Shown here piece after piece: positions 24,740 through 40,234 of a stretch of 64,000 nucleotides of DNA. The DNA is from Eledone cirrhosa (Eukaryota), in NCBI GenBank assembly GCA_964016885.1, contig OZ024740.1:313224001-313288000 (forward strand). The letters are read 5' to 3'. The translations under genes and the position numbers were made by a program. Under the pieces are notes generated by a model. That model worked only from the letters and a program-made list of their open reading frames with translations, did no database searches and was not told the DNA's origin. The first letter of the stretch is position 1. The number at the start of each line of letters is the position of its first letter.

Positions 24740-24828
24740 GTGTCTGAAAGAACCCACAGAAGTAGAATCAGCTAGATCCATTCAAGGACCATGACTCGAG
24801 CTACATGCCGGCGAAACATTTGTAACAC
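24740..24828 (+). ncRNA. Candidate hammerhead ribozyme with an 8-nt core and long stem II insertion
   Basis: GTGT-CTGAAAGA-(~60 nt containing GTAG/CTAC pairing)-GAA-ACA-TT-TGT-A-ACAC; the stem II closing pair is mismatched (A-C). Confidence 0.5.
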
Positions 24829-24897
24829 AAAATAAACTAAGTCCAGATGTATCACTGATTTTTCGTTTTCTTGATATATATATATATATATATGTAC

Positions 24898-24956
<59 letters not shown>

Positions 24957-24988
24957 CACATGTATGTACACATATATATATATATATA

Positions 24989-27900
24989 TAACTTTGATAG
25001 GTTTCGGCCAGTATTGGCCCAGGCCATGTCTAACTTAATAGCACCACCTGGCGAAGTCTTACAAATCACTGTTTGGGCACCATGGCCCACTCGAGCAGAG
25101 AGTTATTGTTTACCGAGGCATATCCGGGTGTAGGAGGCTTATCCGGGATTTCTTGAAGGAATTTATCCAAAGACTTCTTGAACTTGATGGGGTCTGTCTC
25201 TGCTTTGATGTGTTTTGGTGTAATGTTAAAGAGTGCAGAGCCAATTGAGGTGAAATAATTGTGCTGTATTGTTGTTATGTGATGCAAGTGGGATTTTTGT
25301 CGTGGGCGGATATCACGGGGCCCAAGCCTTGGGTGTACACTAAAGGTGATGCCAACATCATTTGGGCTAAGCTGATGGAATATTTTCCACATCATACAGA
25401 TAATGTAGCGCTCACGGCGACGTTGAAGAGAATAAAGTTTGAGCTTTTCTTATCGACCCCAATAGTCGAGGCCTGTCGTGCCATCTATCTTTTTTGTAAT
25501 TGACCTTTGAGGTACTTCAACTTTCATGATACTTTGTTTCGTGTGGGGTGACCACAGTGAACAACAGTATTCAAGGTGGGGTCGGGCAAAAGTGGAGAAG
25601 AGAAGGACAACAGTGTGGATATCTCTCGACTGGAAAGTTCTGAGAATCCAGGAACACATTCTGTGGGCCATATCAACTTTGCTGTTTATATGAGTGGCCC
25701 AGCTTATATTGTTGTCCACAATTACTCCCAGGTCTCTGATGTTATTGGAAGCCACTAGAGTTTCACCCGAAGGAAGAGAGTATGGTAGTTTTAGGGTATC
25801 CTTTTTTCCAAAGTGGATTAGTTCAAATTTATCCTCATTCAACAGCATATTATTCATCTCTGCCCATTGAATAACAGCCAGTAGGTCTGACTGAAGGCAA
25901 GTCCGGTCAACCACCTCATTGATGACCCTTTGGAGCTTGGAATCATCTGCGAAGATTCTGATGTTGCTGTGTTTGATGATGTCAGTAATGTCATTAATGT
26001 AGATGATGAAAAGAAGTGGGCCAAACACAGTACCTTGTGGGACGCCACTGCTGACTTTGGCAGGGCTTGATTTTACTCCTTCGACTACAAAATGCTGGGT
26101 TCTGTCTGTCAGGAAACATTTGATCCACTGTAGTAACCTTCCAGAGACACCAACATTGGATAGTTTTTTCAGTAGAATCTTATGATCAACCCTGTCGAAG
26201 GCCCTGCTGAAATCAAGGTAGATGACATCAGTGTTGGAGCCCTCTCCCAAGGCTCTCAAAACATTGTTAAAGTGATGCAGGAGCTGCATTAGGCAGTCCC
26301 TTCCATTACGAAATCCATGTTGGTTGGAGTTCAGCAGGCCGTTGCTTTCAAGAAAGTGGGTTATTCGTGATCTCACCACCCTCTCAAATACCTTGATAAT
26401 ATGAAAGGTGAGTGAGATCGGATGGTAGTTCACTGCAAGGGACTTATTTCCCTTTTTGAAGACTGGGACAACGGACTGGGACAGAAAGTTTTCAGGAATA
26501 TAGCCAGTGTCCAGTGAGTTCCTCCACAGATTAGCAAGAGGAGTTGCAAGTTGGTGTCGACACACCTTCAGGACACAAGCAGGGAATCTGTCGGGGCCTA
26601 AATTGTGAATTGTGTTTAATTTCGTTTATTGCCGCTAAGACATCAGGGGCGCCAAACGTTATGTCTGATATAGTGTGTTGGGGGTTAATATCACTGATAC
26701 GGCCCAGATCGGCCATATCAGGGTTGCTGAAAACAGAGCAGTATTGTTTCAGCAGTATCTCGCCCATGGTTTTGGCATTGTCCTGGAGTGTGCCATTTTC
26801 ATCAACTAGGGGGCCAACAGTGGAGACGGTGACCATGTGTTTTTTAGCGAATGAGAAGAACACTTTGGGGTTGAGTTTGATTTTCTCAATGGCCCACCTC
26901 TCTTCAGCTATTCTCTGGTTATTGATGATGGTCATCATGCATTGCTGGAGGTTATATTTTTTTGACTCAAGCAGGGTGATAGCCATTGAATGTGTGTGTT
27001 GCTGTTGGCAGTATTTTAGTGTGTTAATTTTTTTGTTTGTTCTTTTTATTTTTCTGATAATTGTTTTTCTATTTTGGGAGATACTGCACTTGGTTTTGTT
27101 CACAGGTTTTGGTGGGGTGTGTTTTGTACATATATTTGTGACAGTGTCTACAAAGATCTGCCAAGATGTTTTGATGTTGGTGGAAGTGTGTGCGTGTGTA
27201 AAAGACCTATCGACATGTGATAGTTCGTTCATAATTGCATCCCAGTTGGCATTGTGGAGATCCATGTTATCAAATGGGTGGGCTGGAAAGAAGACCCTGG
27301 GATTAGCTTTCAGCTGGTGGAATCTTAGGTTACAAAGAACCATGTCATGGTCTGAGAGAAGGGTTTTTTCCACTCTAATATTATGTATAGTGTTAGTGTG
27401 GTTACTAAACACTAGATCCAGAATGTTCTTCTGATGCCTCGTTGATGCAAGGACAAGTGGGGACAAGAAAAACTCATTCATGAAGTCAAGAAGTGACTCG
27501 ACAGCCTCTTTGCCAGTGGTTGAGGCTGTGGAGACTGGTTTCAAACTACATGTAAACCAATCAACACAGGGTAGATTAAAGTCTCCCATCAAAAGTATGT
27601 TGCTAGAATGGCACTATTTAATAAAGCATTTAATACTGTTGCGGCATTCTTTGAAACAGATTATGGGTGTTTGTGGTGGCCTATAGAGCCCAACTAATGT
27701 CAGATCATTGGCTTTATTGTGCACAGTGACTGATTCACAGTATCCATTAGAGAATGTTGTGTTGCCATCTGCCGTAAAGGAAACATGCAGGAAAATGGCA
27801 GTTCCACCCTTCCTTCTGCCAACACGATCCGCACGGATGGTTGTGAAATTTCTCGTTCTTACTTCGGGCCTTCAAGTGGGAGTTGTCAAGGTGGGTCTCA

Positions 27901-28474
27901 GTAAGAATGAAGAAGGGGATATGAAATGGATGGTTACCAACCCAATCCTCAATGAATTCGATCTTCCATTTCTGTGCATTGATGGATGAGCTGATACCTT
28001 GTGTATTGAGTAAGAATGTGGAGGCTAGTGTGGTGGCTGGTTTTGACTGTTGCAGGGGGCTTGTTTTGTGATTGTGTGTTAGTGACAGCAAGGTTGGTGT
28101 TGGGTGATGGCTAAAATGTTTTTCTCTATCTCTTTTTGTCAGGTTCATGGCTAAAAAAGAAAGATTTTTTTTTAATTCAGGGAGCAGTTTTTCATTGGAT
28201 TTGTGGTTACAACATTGGATAGGGTTGCAGTTCCCTCTTTTGTTGTTGATGTGGTTGTTGTATTTGTTGTAATTGTGTCTTTGTGAAAAGACTGGAGCAG
28301 CGTTATTTTTGTTGTTGTTATGATCGTGTCTTTGTGACAAGACTGGAGCAGCATTACTTTTGTTGTTTTTGTTGCTGTAATCATGTTTTTGTGAGGAGAC
28401 TGGAGCAGCATTACCGCAGCAGGGGGTGGCTTTATTGTGGTTTGGCATGAAGCCCCTTTTCTGTTCATGCGTTG
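24989..28474 (-). mobile_element. CR1-group LINE ORF2 (APE + RT), frameshifted
   Basis: LLNTQG, TETHL, GDFNLP, LDLVFSN, SDHDMV; NQHGFR, YLDFSRAFD, SGVPQGTV.GPLLF, FADD, RPHLEYC; 3' end TCAAAGTTA. Confidence 0.9.
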
Positions 28475-28494
28475 TATATATATATATATGTATG

Positions 28495-28525
<31 letters not shown>

Positions 28526-28591
28526 ATAACAGAGGAGTTGTGGTAAGGAACCAGATGGACCATAATGCACCAGAGAACTCAATACTTAGGG
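28526..28591. mobile_element. Hairpin-plus-tail element, tail only
   Basis: GTGGTAAGGAACCAGATGGACCATAATGCACCAGAGAACTCAATACTTAGGGT matches 11175-11227. Confidence 0.8.
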
Positions 28592-28640
28592 TGTATATAT
28601 ATATATATATATATATATGTACATATATATATATATATAA

Positions 28641-29042
28641 AAGCCGACCTTACCCAACTACACCTCTCAAAGTCAATGACACACGACCGTGACTTCTGGC
28701 GTCACGCAGTAATACAGGGTACCCGACCTCCCATGGGTACATGCTGAAGCATATAAACAATATGCCCCCCCCCCACCGCAAGGTGGCCGTGGAGGTGCCA
28801 CGGCAAAAAAGCACCCAGCCCACACTGTAAAGTGGACGTGTAGGCGCCACGAAAAAGCACCCAGCACTCACTGTAAATGAGGTTGGTGTTAGGAAGGGCA
28901 TCCAGCTGTAGAAATCAAGCCAGATCAGTTCCTGTATGAGCAAGGCATGGTCAGCCGACCAGACACTGCCCACAACAGGACAACCCGTCTAACCCATGCT
29001 AGCGTGGAAGAACGGACGTAAAATGGTGATGATGATGATGAT
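28641..29042 (+). mobile_element. Diverged RTE-PHD relative, 3' end
   Basis: ADLTQLHLSKSMTHDRDFWRHAV, a related 3' UTR and a (GAT)n tail. Confidence 0.85.
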
Positions 29043-29073
29043 ATATGTACACATATATATATATGTACACATA

Positions 29074-29110
<37 letters not shown>

Positions 29111-29711
29111 GTACACATATATATATATGTACATATATATATATATATATGTACATATATATATATATATATGTACATATATATATATATATGTACATAT
29201 ATATATATATATGTACATATATATATATATATATGTACATATATATATATATATATGTACATATATATATATATATATGTACATATATATATATATATGT
29301 ACATATATATATATATATATGTACATATATATATATATATATGTACATATATATATATATATATGTGTACATATATATATATATATATGTGTACATATAT
29401 ATATATATATATGTGTACATATATATATATATATATGTACATATATATATATATATATGTGTACATATATATATATGTACATATATATATATATGTGTGT
29501 ACATATATATATATATATATGTGTACATATATATATATATGTGTGTACATATATATATATATGTGTGTACATATATATATATATATATGTGTACATATAT
29601 ATATATATGTGTGTACATATATATATATATATATATGTGTACATATATATATATATGTGTGTACATATATATATATATATATGTGTACATATATATATAT
29701 ATATATATGTG

Positions 29712-29849
<138 letters not shown>

Positions 29850-29977
29850 TATATATATATATATGTACATATATATATATATATATGTACATATATATAT
29901 ATATATATATGTACATATATATATATATATATGTACATATATATATATATATATATATATGTACATATATATATATA

Positions 29978-30079
<102 letters not shown>

Positions 30080-30133
30080 TGTGTACATATATATATATAT
30101 ATATATGTACACACATATATATATATATGTACA

Positions 30134-33100
30134 CATCATCATCATCATCAACGTTTAACGTCCGTGTTCCACGCTTGCATGGGTTTGGACGGGGGTAGTC
30201 CCACTTGAGGCAAGAGTGATTGTCTTGCTCGCATAGGACTGTCTGGCAGGTTTTCTACAGTTGGATGCCCTTCCTAACACCAACCACATTTACAGTGTGG
30301 GTCTGGGAGGTTTTTACCGTGTTGCCTACACGGCCACATTACAGCGTGGACTGTGTTTTTTTGTCGTGACACCTACACGATCTCATTTATTTCGGCCTGG
30401 ATGGTGTGGCACCAACATAACTTTACATAGAACGGGGTGGTGTGGATGGGGTGGAGGTGGTGGTGGTGGGACGGGGGGGTATTTTGTTAGAGATGCCTAC
30501 TGGCTGTAGTAGGTTTTACTATGTATTTAGGTAAGGCGGGTCTTCTCTGTTACTGAGTACCGCCAAAGGTCTCGGTCCAGTGACATTGTCTTGGAGAGGT
30601 GTAAGTGTGTGAGGTCGGAGTTTATCAGCTCGTCCCAGGTTTTTCTAGGTCTACCTATTCCGTGGCTACCGTCTATCTTTATTGCCCTGCACTTTGTTAT
30701 ACAGCTATCGACTTTCATGCGCATCACGTGTCCATACCAACGTAGCCTTCTCTCGAGTAAACAGCATCTGATCCCTCTTATTTCTAATTTTTTCCTTAGT
30801 TCGTTTATGCTTTGCTGTTCATGTATATTACTGTTACACATCCAGCGGAGCATGCAAGCTTCGTTCCTCTCTAGTCTGCGTATATCCTCTGCACACAATG
30901 CCCAGGTCTCACTGCCATGCAACTTTGCTGTTCGTATGCAGGCATCGTACAGCCTGCCTTTCATTTTTAGGGAGAACCCTTTAGCAGCTAATAGTGGTAT
31001 AAGCTCTCTGAACTTTTTCCAACCAGTTCTGACTCTAGCTACTGTACTTTCAGAACACCCTCCCCCACTGCTGATTTTATCACCCAGGTAACGGAAGCTG
31101 TCCACTATTTCTATAGAACCCTCTGCGCAATTGAAAGAGCTAGTATTTTGTGGGCACTTGCTGCTACTTATTGCACCAGAGCACTGGCCACATGTAAAAT
31201 CTATGTTCTTAGTTAGCTTACCTGTGATCCCACTACATCTTTTATGCACCCATACTTTGCATTTAGGACATAAAATGGAGTTTCTACCTACGCCTTTCCT
31301 ACACACCGAGCACGACCATTTCCCAGAAGGGACCGCCGCCTTATTTTCTTTCCTACAAACTAGAACTTTAGTCTTAGCCAGGTTAATTTTAAGTCCTTTT
31401 GATTCTAGGCCGTGCTTCCATGTTTGGAATTTCTTCTCTAGCTCGGCCATTGATTCCGCTATGAGTGTCAGGTCTGCGTATAGGAGTTCCCATGGGCAGC
31501 CGGTCTTGAACTCCTCTGTTATAGCCTGAAGGGCAATAATAAATAGTAGGGGGCTGAGAACAGAGCCCTGATGGACGCCAACTTTTACGCTAAACTCTTC
31601 ACTATATTCGTTGTTAATTCTAACCTTGCTGACTGTTTCTTTATACATGGCTTGTATAGCTCTCACAAGCCATTCGTCAACGCCTAGTTTTCTAAGAGCC
31701 CACCAGATAATGGAGCGGGGGACTCTGTCGAAGGCTTTCTCCAAGTCGACAAAAGCTAAGTAGAGGGGTTTACCTTTAGCTAGGTACTTCTCCTGTAGTT
31801 GTCGTACAATGAAAAGAGCGTCTGTGGTACTTTTGCCTGACACAAACCCGAACTGCATTTCATCTAGGTCAATTCTCTCTCTGATTAGTTGTGCTATTAC
31901 TTTTTCCGTGACCTTCATGACCTGGTCGATTAATTTAATGCCTCTATAGTTACTCCTATCTAGGGCGTCTCCTTTACCCTTATAACAGTTAACGATGATG
32001 CTGCTATGCCAGTCCTTCGGAACAACCCCATTCTGTACGACTTGGTTAACTATGCGGGTGACCATGGTGTGTCCCACCGTGCCAGATGCCTTCAGCATCT
32101 CAGCAACTATTTCCGAAGGCCCAGCCGCCTTACCCGTCTTCATATCCTTGATTGCCTTACTTATTATACTCCCCTCGACTAACACTGCTGGTCCCTCTAT
32201 TGGGTCGATATGGGGGAGACTGTCTTTCTCCCATTTATTCTCCTCATTTAGTAGCCTTTCATAGTGACACTTCCAAGCTACCTTCTTATCAGCGTCGGTG
32301 ATGGCAAGTATGCCATCATCGTTAAGTACACACTTCTCCCCGACAATATCACGGTTTTCCTTGACGCATTGCCTAGCAATCCTGAACACCTCACGTTTTT
32401 GGTCCTCGCGTTGTAGAACATGCTTGAACTTTCTTTCCTCAGCTTCCCTTCTTGCTAAGTACACTTGTCTCCTAGCTTCCCTCCTGGCCACTTGATAGTC
32501 TTCTCTACTTCCCCCATCCCGCCATACTTTCCAAGCCTGCTTTTTGGCCTTAATTGACCCCTCCACCTTACTGTTCCACCACCATGTTACTCTCCTCCTG
32601 CCTACAGGCCTGCTGCAGCCACAGACTTCGTCTGTCGCCATCAGCAGGTTTGCTTTCAGAAATTCCCACTGTCCCTCTATATTGTCCAACTCTAAATGTT
32701 CTTCCTTACTGTCGAAAGCATCAAGTAATATGCTTTGAAATTTATTTCTGGCTGTGGGGTCCTTTAGCTTCCATATTTTTCTCCTGAGGATAGTCCTCTT
32801 CTGCTGTCGAGTACGTCTCGTCCTGACTGTGAGGTCGCTAATTATCAGTCTATGTTGGGAGGTGCATTCTTTATGGGGGAGGGATTTAGTGTTTACAACA
32901 GACACCCTGTCACGTCTTCTGGTAAGGATATAATCTACCTGGCTTGTGTGTTCCCCGGATCTATAGGTGATCAGGTGATTGTCACGTTTTTTGAAGTTAG
33001 TGTTACAGATAGTTAGGTTATTTGCATCACAGAATTCCAGGATTCTGGAGCCTTCCTCATTTCTAGTACCAAACCCATAGCCTCCATGGATTTCGTCGTA

Positions 33101-33694
33101 GCCGTCACAATGTTGTCCAACGTGACCGTTTAGGTCGCCTGCAATAATTATATAGTCACTGTCTGTTATTTGGGAGGTAGTGAGCATCAGTGTCTCATAG
33201 AATCTGTCTTTTATAGTGCTGGGCAGTCCGGATTGGGGTGCGTACGCGGATATTACTGTCACCGTAGTTCTATTAAGGACAAGTCTTATTTTAATTATTC
33301 TGTCGTTCACTCTATTTACGTCTATTATCTTATCTGCCCACTTTTCTGCTACCATGATTCCTACTCCACCCAGCCCATTGTCGTTTCCCACACAGAAACG
33401 CTTATAGCATCGTTTTCTACCCACAATGTATCTAGCAGACCCACCCCTCCACCTGGTCTCTTGAATACAACAAACATTGACCTCCTTACGTTCAAGCATT
33501 TTTACAACCTCGTTAGAGCGACCCTTTAAGGTGCCTACATTCAAGGTACCAAATCTGAAGTTTTGGATTGCGTTTGGGGGGTTGGAAAGGTGGGAAGCGG
33601 GGGGAGATGGGGTTATGTTAGCCGTCCGCGGCCGAAACAAAGAGGCATGCTCGCATTTTCGTCCTCGAGGTGTGATTGTCTTTAACTTTGGCAT
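30134..33694 (-). mobile_element. RTE-PHD LINE subfamily A with a nearly complete ORF
   Basis: Uninterrupted EN-RT-PHD reading frame, 3' UTR and tail; the element begins at the MPK codon also seen at 17785 in subfamily B. Confidence 0.95.
30527..33694 (-). CDS. RTE ORF (about 1055 aa): APE endonuclease, reverse transcriptase and PHD-type finger; catalytic YADD reduced to YAD
   Basis: Real portion of the 1466-aa track ORF; its N-terminal ~411 codons lie upstream of the element and are mostly microsatellite read-through. Confidence 0.85.
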   Translation of the reverse strand: MPKLKTITPRGRKCEHASLFRPRTANITPSPPASHLSNPPNAIQNFRFGTLNVGTLKGRSNEVVKMLERKEVNVCCIQETRWRGGSARYIVGRKRCYKRFCVGNDNGLGGVGIMVAEKWADKIIDVNRVNDRIIKIRLVLNRTTVTVISAYAPQSGLPSTIKDRFYETLMLTTSQITDSDYIIIAGDLNGHVGQHCDGYDEIHGGYGFGTRNEEGSRILEFCDANNLTICNTNFKKRDNHLITYRSGEHTSQVDYILTRRRDRVSVVNTKSLPHKECTSQHRLIISDLTVRTRRTRQQKRTILRRKIWKLKDPTARNKFQSILLDAFDSKEEHLELDNIEGQWEFLKANLLMATDEVCGCSRPVGRRRVTWWWNSKVEGSIKAKKQAWKVWRDGGSREDYQVARREARRQVYLARREAEERKFKHVLQREDQKREVFRIARQCVKENRDIVGEKCVLNDDGILAITDADKKVAWKCHYERLLNEENKWEKDSLPHIDPIEGPAVLVEGSIISKAIKDMKTGKAAGPSEIVAEMLKASGTVGHTMVTRIVNQVVQNGVVPKDWHSSIIVNCYKGKGDALDRSNYRGIKLIDQVMKVTEKVIAQLIRERIDLDEMQFGFVSGKSTTDALFIVRQLQEKYLAKGKPLYLAFVDLEKAFDRVPRSIIWWALRKLGVDEWLVRAIQAMYKETVSKVRINNEYSEEFSVKVGVHQGSVLSPLLFIIALQAITEEFKTGCPWELLYADLTLIAESMAELEKKFQTWKHGLESKGLKINLAKTKVLVCRKENKAAVPSGKWSCSVCRKGVGRNSILCPKCKVWVHKRCSGITGKLTKNIDFTCGQCSGAISSSKCPQNTSSFNCAEGSIEIVDSFRYLGDKISSGGGCSESTVARVRTGWKKFRELIPLLAAKGFSLKMKGRLYDACIRTAKLHGSETWALCAEDIRRLERNEACMLRWMCNSNIHEQQSINELRKKLEIRGIRCCLLERRLRWYGHVMRMKVDSCITKCRAIKIDGSHGIGRPRKTWDELINSDLTHLHLSKTMSLDRDLWRYSVTEKTRLT

Positions 33695-33876
33695 ATATAT
33701 ATATGTACACATATATATATATATATATATACACATATATATATATATACACACATATATATATATATACACATATATATATATATATATATGTACACAT
33801 ATATATATATATATATATGTACACATATATATATATATATATATGTACACATATATACATATATATATATGTACAC

Positions 33877-33907
<31 letters not shown>

Positions 33908-34148
33908 TATATATATATATATATGTACACATATATACATATATATATATGTACACATATATACATATATATATATATATATGTACACATATATACATAT
34001 ATATATATATACACATATATACATATATATACACATATATACATATATATATATATACACATATATACATATATATACACATATATACATATATATATAT
34101 ATACACATATATACATATATATACACATATATACATATATATATATAT

Positions 34149-34193
<45 letters not shown>

Positions 34194-34198
34194 TATAC

Positions 34199-34251
<53 letters not shown>

Positions 34252-34256
34252 TATAC

Positions 34257-34309
<53 letters not shown>

Positions 34310-34314
34310 TATAC

Positions 34315-34367
<53 letters not shown>

Positions 34368-34372
34368 TATAC

Positions 34373-34429
<57 letters not shown>

Positions 34430-34478
34430 TATACATATATATATACATATATATATATATATATGTACACATATATAC

Positions 34479-34525
<47 letters not shown>

Positions 34526-34530
34526 TATAC

Positions 34531-34574
<44 letters not shown>

Positions 34575-34605
34575 GTATATATATATATATGTACATATAT
34601 ATATA

Positions 34606-34643
<38 letters not shown>

Positions 34644-35092
34644 TATATATATGTACATATATATGCACACATATATATATATATATGTACATATATATAT
34701 ATATATGTACATATATATATATATATATATATATGTACATATATATGTACACATATATATATGTATATATATATATATATGTACATATATATGTACATAT
34801 ATATATATATATATATGTGTACATATATATGTACATATATATATATATATATATATATGTACATATATGTGTGTGTGTGTGAGTGGGTGTGCGTGCATGT
34901 GTGCGTGCGTGCGAGTCCCAGGTTCAATTAGGGGTCACCACAGTTAGTAGAGTGTAAACAACATGTTTAATAAAGTTATGGATGTCATGATTGAAATAAT
35001 CTCCAACATGTGTCCTGTCACCAAAAATAAGCTCATAGAAAAAATTAAAAGAATAAATCCAAGCATTTAATCATTATAAAATAGTGAAAGAC

Positions 35093-35123
<31 letters not shown>

Positions 35124-37387
35124 TAAATATCCAATGATATAGAAGATATATATATATAGATATAGAAGATATATATATATAGATATAGATGATATATATA
35201 TATATATATATATATATTTAGATATAAATGAGATATATATATATATAGATATAGATGTTATATATATATATATAGATATAGATGATATATATATATAGAT
35301 ATAGATGATATATATATATAGATATAGATGATATATATATATAGATATAGATGATATATATATATAGATATAGATGATATATATATAGATATAGATGATA
35401 TATATATATAGATATAGATGATATATATATATAGATATAGATGATATATATATAGATATAGATGATATATATATATATAGATAATATATATATATATATA
35501 GATAATATATATATATATATAGATAATATATATATATATATATAGATAATATATATATATATATATAGATAATATATATATATATATAGATAATATATAT
35601 ATATATATAGATAATATATATATATATATAGATAATATATATATATATATAGATAATATATATATATATATATAGATAATATATATATATATATATAGAT
35701 AATATATATATATATATATAGATAATATATATATATATATAGATAATATATATATATATATATAGATAATATATATATATATATATAGATAATATATATA
35801 TATATATAGATAATATATATATATATATATAGATAATATATATATATATATATAGATAATATATATATATATATAGATAATATATATATATATATATAGA
35901 TAATATATATATATATATATAGATAATATATATATATATATAGATAATATATATATATATATATAGATAATATATATATATATAGATAATATATATATAT
36001 ATATATATAGATAATATATATATATATATAGATATAGATGATATATATATATATATATAGATATAGATGATATATATATATATATATAGATATAGATGAT
36101 ATATATATATATATAGATATAGATGATATATATATATATAGATATAGATGATATATATATATATAGATATAGATGATATATATATATATATATATAGATG
36201 ATATATGTATATAAAAATATATATATATATATAGATATATATATATATATAGATAGATGATATATATATATATATAGATGATATATATATATATATATAG
36301 ATAGATGATATATATATATATATATAGATAGATGATATATATATATATATATAGATAGATGATATATATATATATATAGATGATATATATATATATATAG
36401 ATATATATATATATAAAGATATATATATATAGATATATATATATATATAGATGATATATATATATAGATAGATATATATATCATCTATCTCTCTCTCTAT
36501 ATATATCATCTATCTATATATATATATATATCATCTATCTCTCTCTATATATATATCATCTATCTCTCTCTATATATATATCATCTATCTCTCTCTCTAT
36601 ATATATATATATATCATCTATCTCTATATATATATCATCTATCTATATATATATATCATCTATCTATATATATATATATATATCATCTATCTCTCTCTCT
36701 CTATATATATATATATCATCCATCTCTCTCTCTCTCTATATATATATATATCATCCATCTCTCTCTCTATATATATATATCATCTATCTCTCTCTCTCTA
36801 TATATATATATCATCTATCTCTTTCTCTCTCTCTATATATATATCATCTATCTCCCTCTCTCTCTCTATATATATATATATCATCTATCTCTCTCTCTAT
36901 ATATATATCATCTATCTCTCTCTCTATATATATATCATCTATCTCTCTCTCTATATATATATCATCTATCTCTCTCTATATATATATATCATCTATCTCT
37001 CTCTCTATATATATATCATCTATCTCTCTCTCTATATATATATCATCTATCTCTCTCTCTATATATATATCATCTATCTCTCTCTCTCTATATATATATC
37101 ATCTATCTCTCTCTCTCTATATATATATCATCTATCTCTCTCTCTCTATATATATCATCTATCTCTCTCTCTATATATATATATCATCTATCTCTCTGTC
37201 TATATATATATCATCTATCTCTCTGTCTATATATATATCATCTATCTCTGTCTATATATATATCATCTATCTCTCTGTCTATATATATATCATCTATCTC
37301 TCTCTCTATATATATATCATCTATCTCTCTCTCTCTATATATATATATCATCTATCTCTCTCTCTCTCTATATATATATATCATCTA

Positions 37388-37420
<33 letters not shown>

Positions 37421-37486
37421 CATCTATCTCTCTCTCTATATATATATCATCTATCTATCTCTATATATATATATATCATCTATCTA

Positions 37487-37591
<105 letters not shown>

Positions 37592-38741
37592 TCTATCTCT
37601 CTCTATATATATATATATCATCTATCTCTCTCTCTCTATATATATATCATCTATCTCTCTCTCTCTATATATATATCATCTATCTCTCTCTCTATATATA
37701 TATATCATCTATCTCTCTCTCTATATATATATATATCATCTATCTCTCTCTCTCTATATATATATATCATCTATCTCTCTCTCTATATATATATATATCA
37801 TCTATCTCTCTCTCTCTATATATATATATCATCTATCTCTCTCTCTATATATATATATCATCTATCTCTCTCTCTCTATATATATATCATCTATCTCTCT
37901 CTCTATATATATATCATCTATCTCTCTCTATATATATATCATCCATCTCTCTCTCTCTCTATATATATATCATCTATCACTCTCTATATATATATCACCT
38001 ATCTCTCTCTATATATATATATCATCTCTCTCTCTATATATATATATCATCTATCTCTCTCTCTATATATATCATCTATCTCTCTCTCTATATATATCAT
38101 CTATCTATATATATATATATGTATATCATCTATCTATATATATATATCATCTATCTATCTATATATATATATATATATATATATATCATCTATCTCTCTC
38201 TCTATATATATATCATCTATCCCTCTCTATATATATATCATCTATCTCTCTCTCTATATATATCATCTATCTCTCTCTCTATATATATCATCTATCTCTC
38301 TCTATATATATATCATCTATCTCTCTATATATATATATCATCTATCTCTCTATATATATATATCATCTATCTCTCTCTATATATATATATATATCATCTA
38401 TCTCTCTATATATATATCATCTATCTCTCTATATATATATCATCTTCTCTCTCTATATATATATCATCTCTCTCTCTATATATATATATCATCTATCTCT
38501 CTCTATATATATATCATCTATCTCTCTCTATATATATATCATCTATCTCTCTCTATATATATATCATCTATCTCTCTCTCTATATATATATCATCTATCT
38601 CTCTATATATATATATCATCTATCTCTCTCTATATATATATCATCTATCTCTCTCTATATATATATCATCTATCTCTCTCTCTCTTATATATATATATAT
38701 ATCATCTATCTCTCTCTCTCTATATATATATATATCATCTA

Positions 38742-38772
<31 letters not shown>

Positions 38773-38840
38773 CATCTATCTCTATATATATATATATATA
38801 TCATCTATCTATATATATATATATATATATATATCATCTA

Positions 38841-38877
<37 letters not shown>

Positions 38878-38881
38878 TCTA

Positions 38882-38918
<37 letters not shown>

Positions 38919-39186
38919 CATCTATCTCTCTCTCTCTCTATATATATATATATCATCTATCTCTCTCTCTATATATATATATCATCTATCTCTCTCTCTA
39001 TATATATATATCATCTATCTGTCTCTATATATATATATATATCATCTATCTATCTCTATATATATATATATCATCTATCTCTCTCTCTCTATATATATAT
39101 ATATAGATCATCTATCTATCTCTCTCTCTCTCTATATATATATCATCTATCTATCTCTCTCTCTATATATATATATATATCATCTA

Positions 39187-39219
<33 letters not shown>

Positions 39220-39268
39220 CATCTATCTATCTCTCTCTCTCTATATATATATATATATCATCTATCTA

Positions 39269-39301
<33 letters not shown>

Positions 39302-39953
39302 CATCTATCTCTCTTTCTATATATATATATATCATCTATCTCTCTCTCTCTATATATATATCATCTATCTCTCTATATATATATCATCTATCTCTATATA
39401 TATATATCATCTATCTATCTCTATATATATATCATCTATCTATCTCTATATATATATATCATCTATCTCTCTCTATATATATATATCATCTATCTCTCTC
39501 TATATATATATATCATCTATCTCTCTCTCTCTATATATATATATCATCTACTCTCTCTCTCTATATATATATATCATCTATCACTATATATATATATATC
39601 ATCTATCACTATATATATATATATCATCTATCACTATATATATATATATCATCTATCACTATATATATATATATCATCTATCACTATATATATATATATC
39701 ATCTATCACTATATATATATATATCTATCACTATATATATATATATCTATCACTATATATATATATATCATCTATCACTATATATATATATATCATCTAT
39801 CACTATATATATATATATCATCTATCACTATATATATATATATCATCTATCACTATATATATATATATCATCTATCACTATATATATATATCATCTATCA
39901 CTATATATATATATCATCTATCTCTATATATATATATATATATATATCATCTA

Positions 39954-39984
<31 letters not shown>

Positions 39985-40203
39985 CATCTATCTATCTCTC
40001 TATATATATATATCATCTATCTATCTCTCTCTCTATATATATATATCATCTATCTCTATATATATCATCTATCTCTCTCTCTATATATATATATCATCTC
40101 TCTCTATATATATATATCATCTCTCTCTATATATATATATCATCTCTCTCTATATATATATATCATCTATCTCTATATATATATATATCATCTATATCAT
40201 CTA

Positions 40204-40234
<31 letters not shown>

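Noticed and set aside
24998-25020. GGCCAATACTGGCC-GAAAC resembling hammerhead stem II plus GAAA
   Set aside because: No CUGANGA upstream, and the second copy has AAAAC; better explained as the CR1 3' stem-loop.
26544-27434. 296-aa plus-strand ORF, and similar antisense ORFs over the RTE copies
   Set aside because: Antisense shadow of LINE coding sequence with no independent motifs.
28230-28420. Three ~57-bp repeats encoding NAAPV.SQ.H upstream of the CR1 endonuclease
   Set aside because: A real tandem repeat, but most simply a low-complexity linker expansion within the LINE; no evidence of a separate gene.
33695-34927. Apparent 411-aa N-terminal extension of the RTE ORF
   Set aside because: Mostly microsatellite read-through; element homology ends at 33694.
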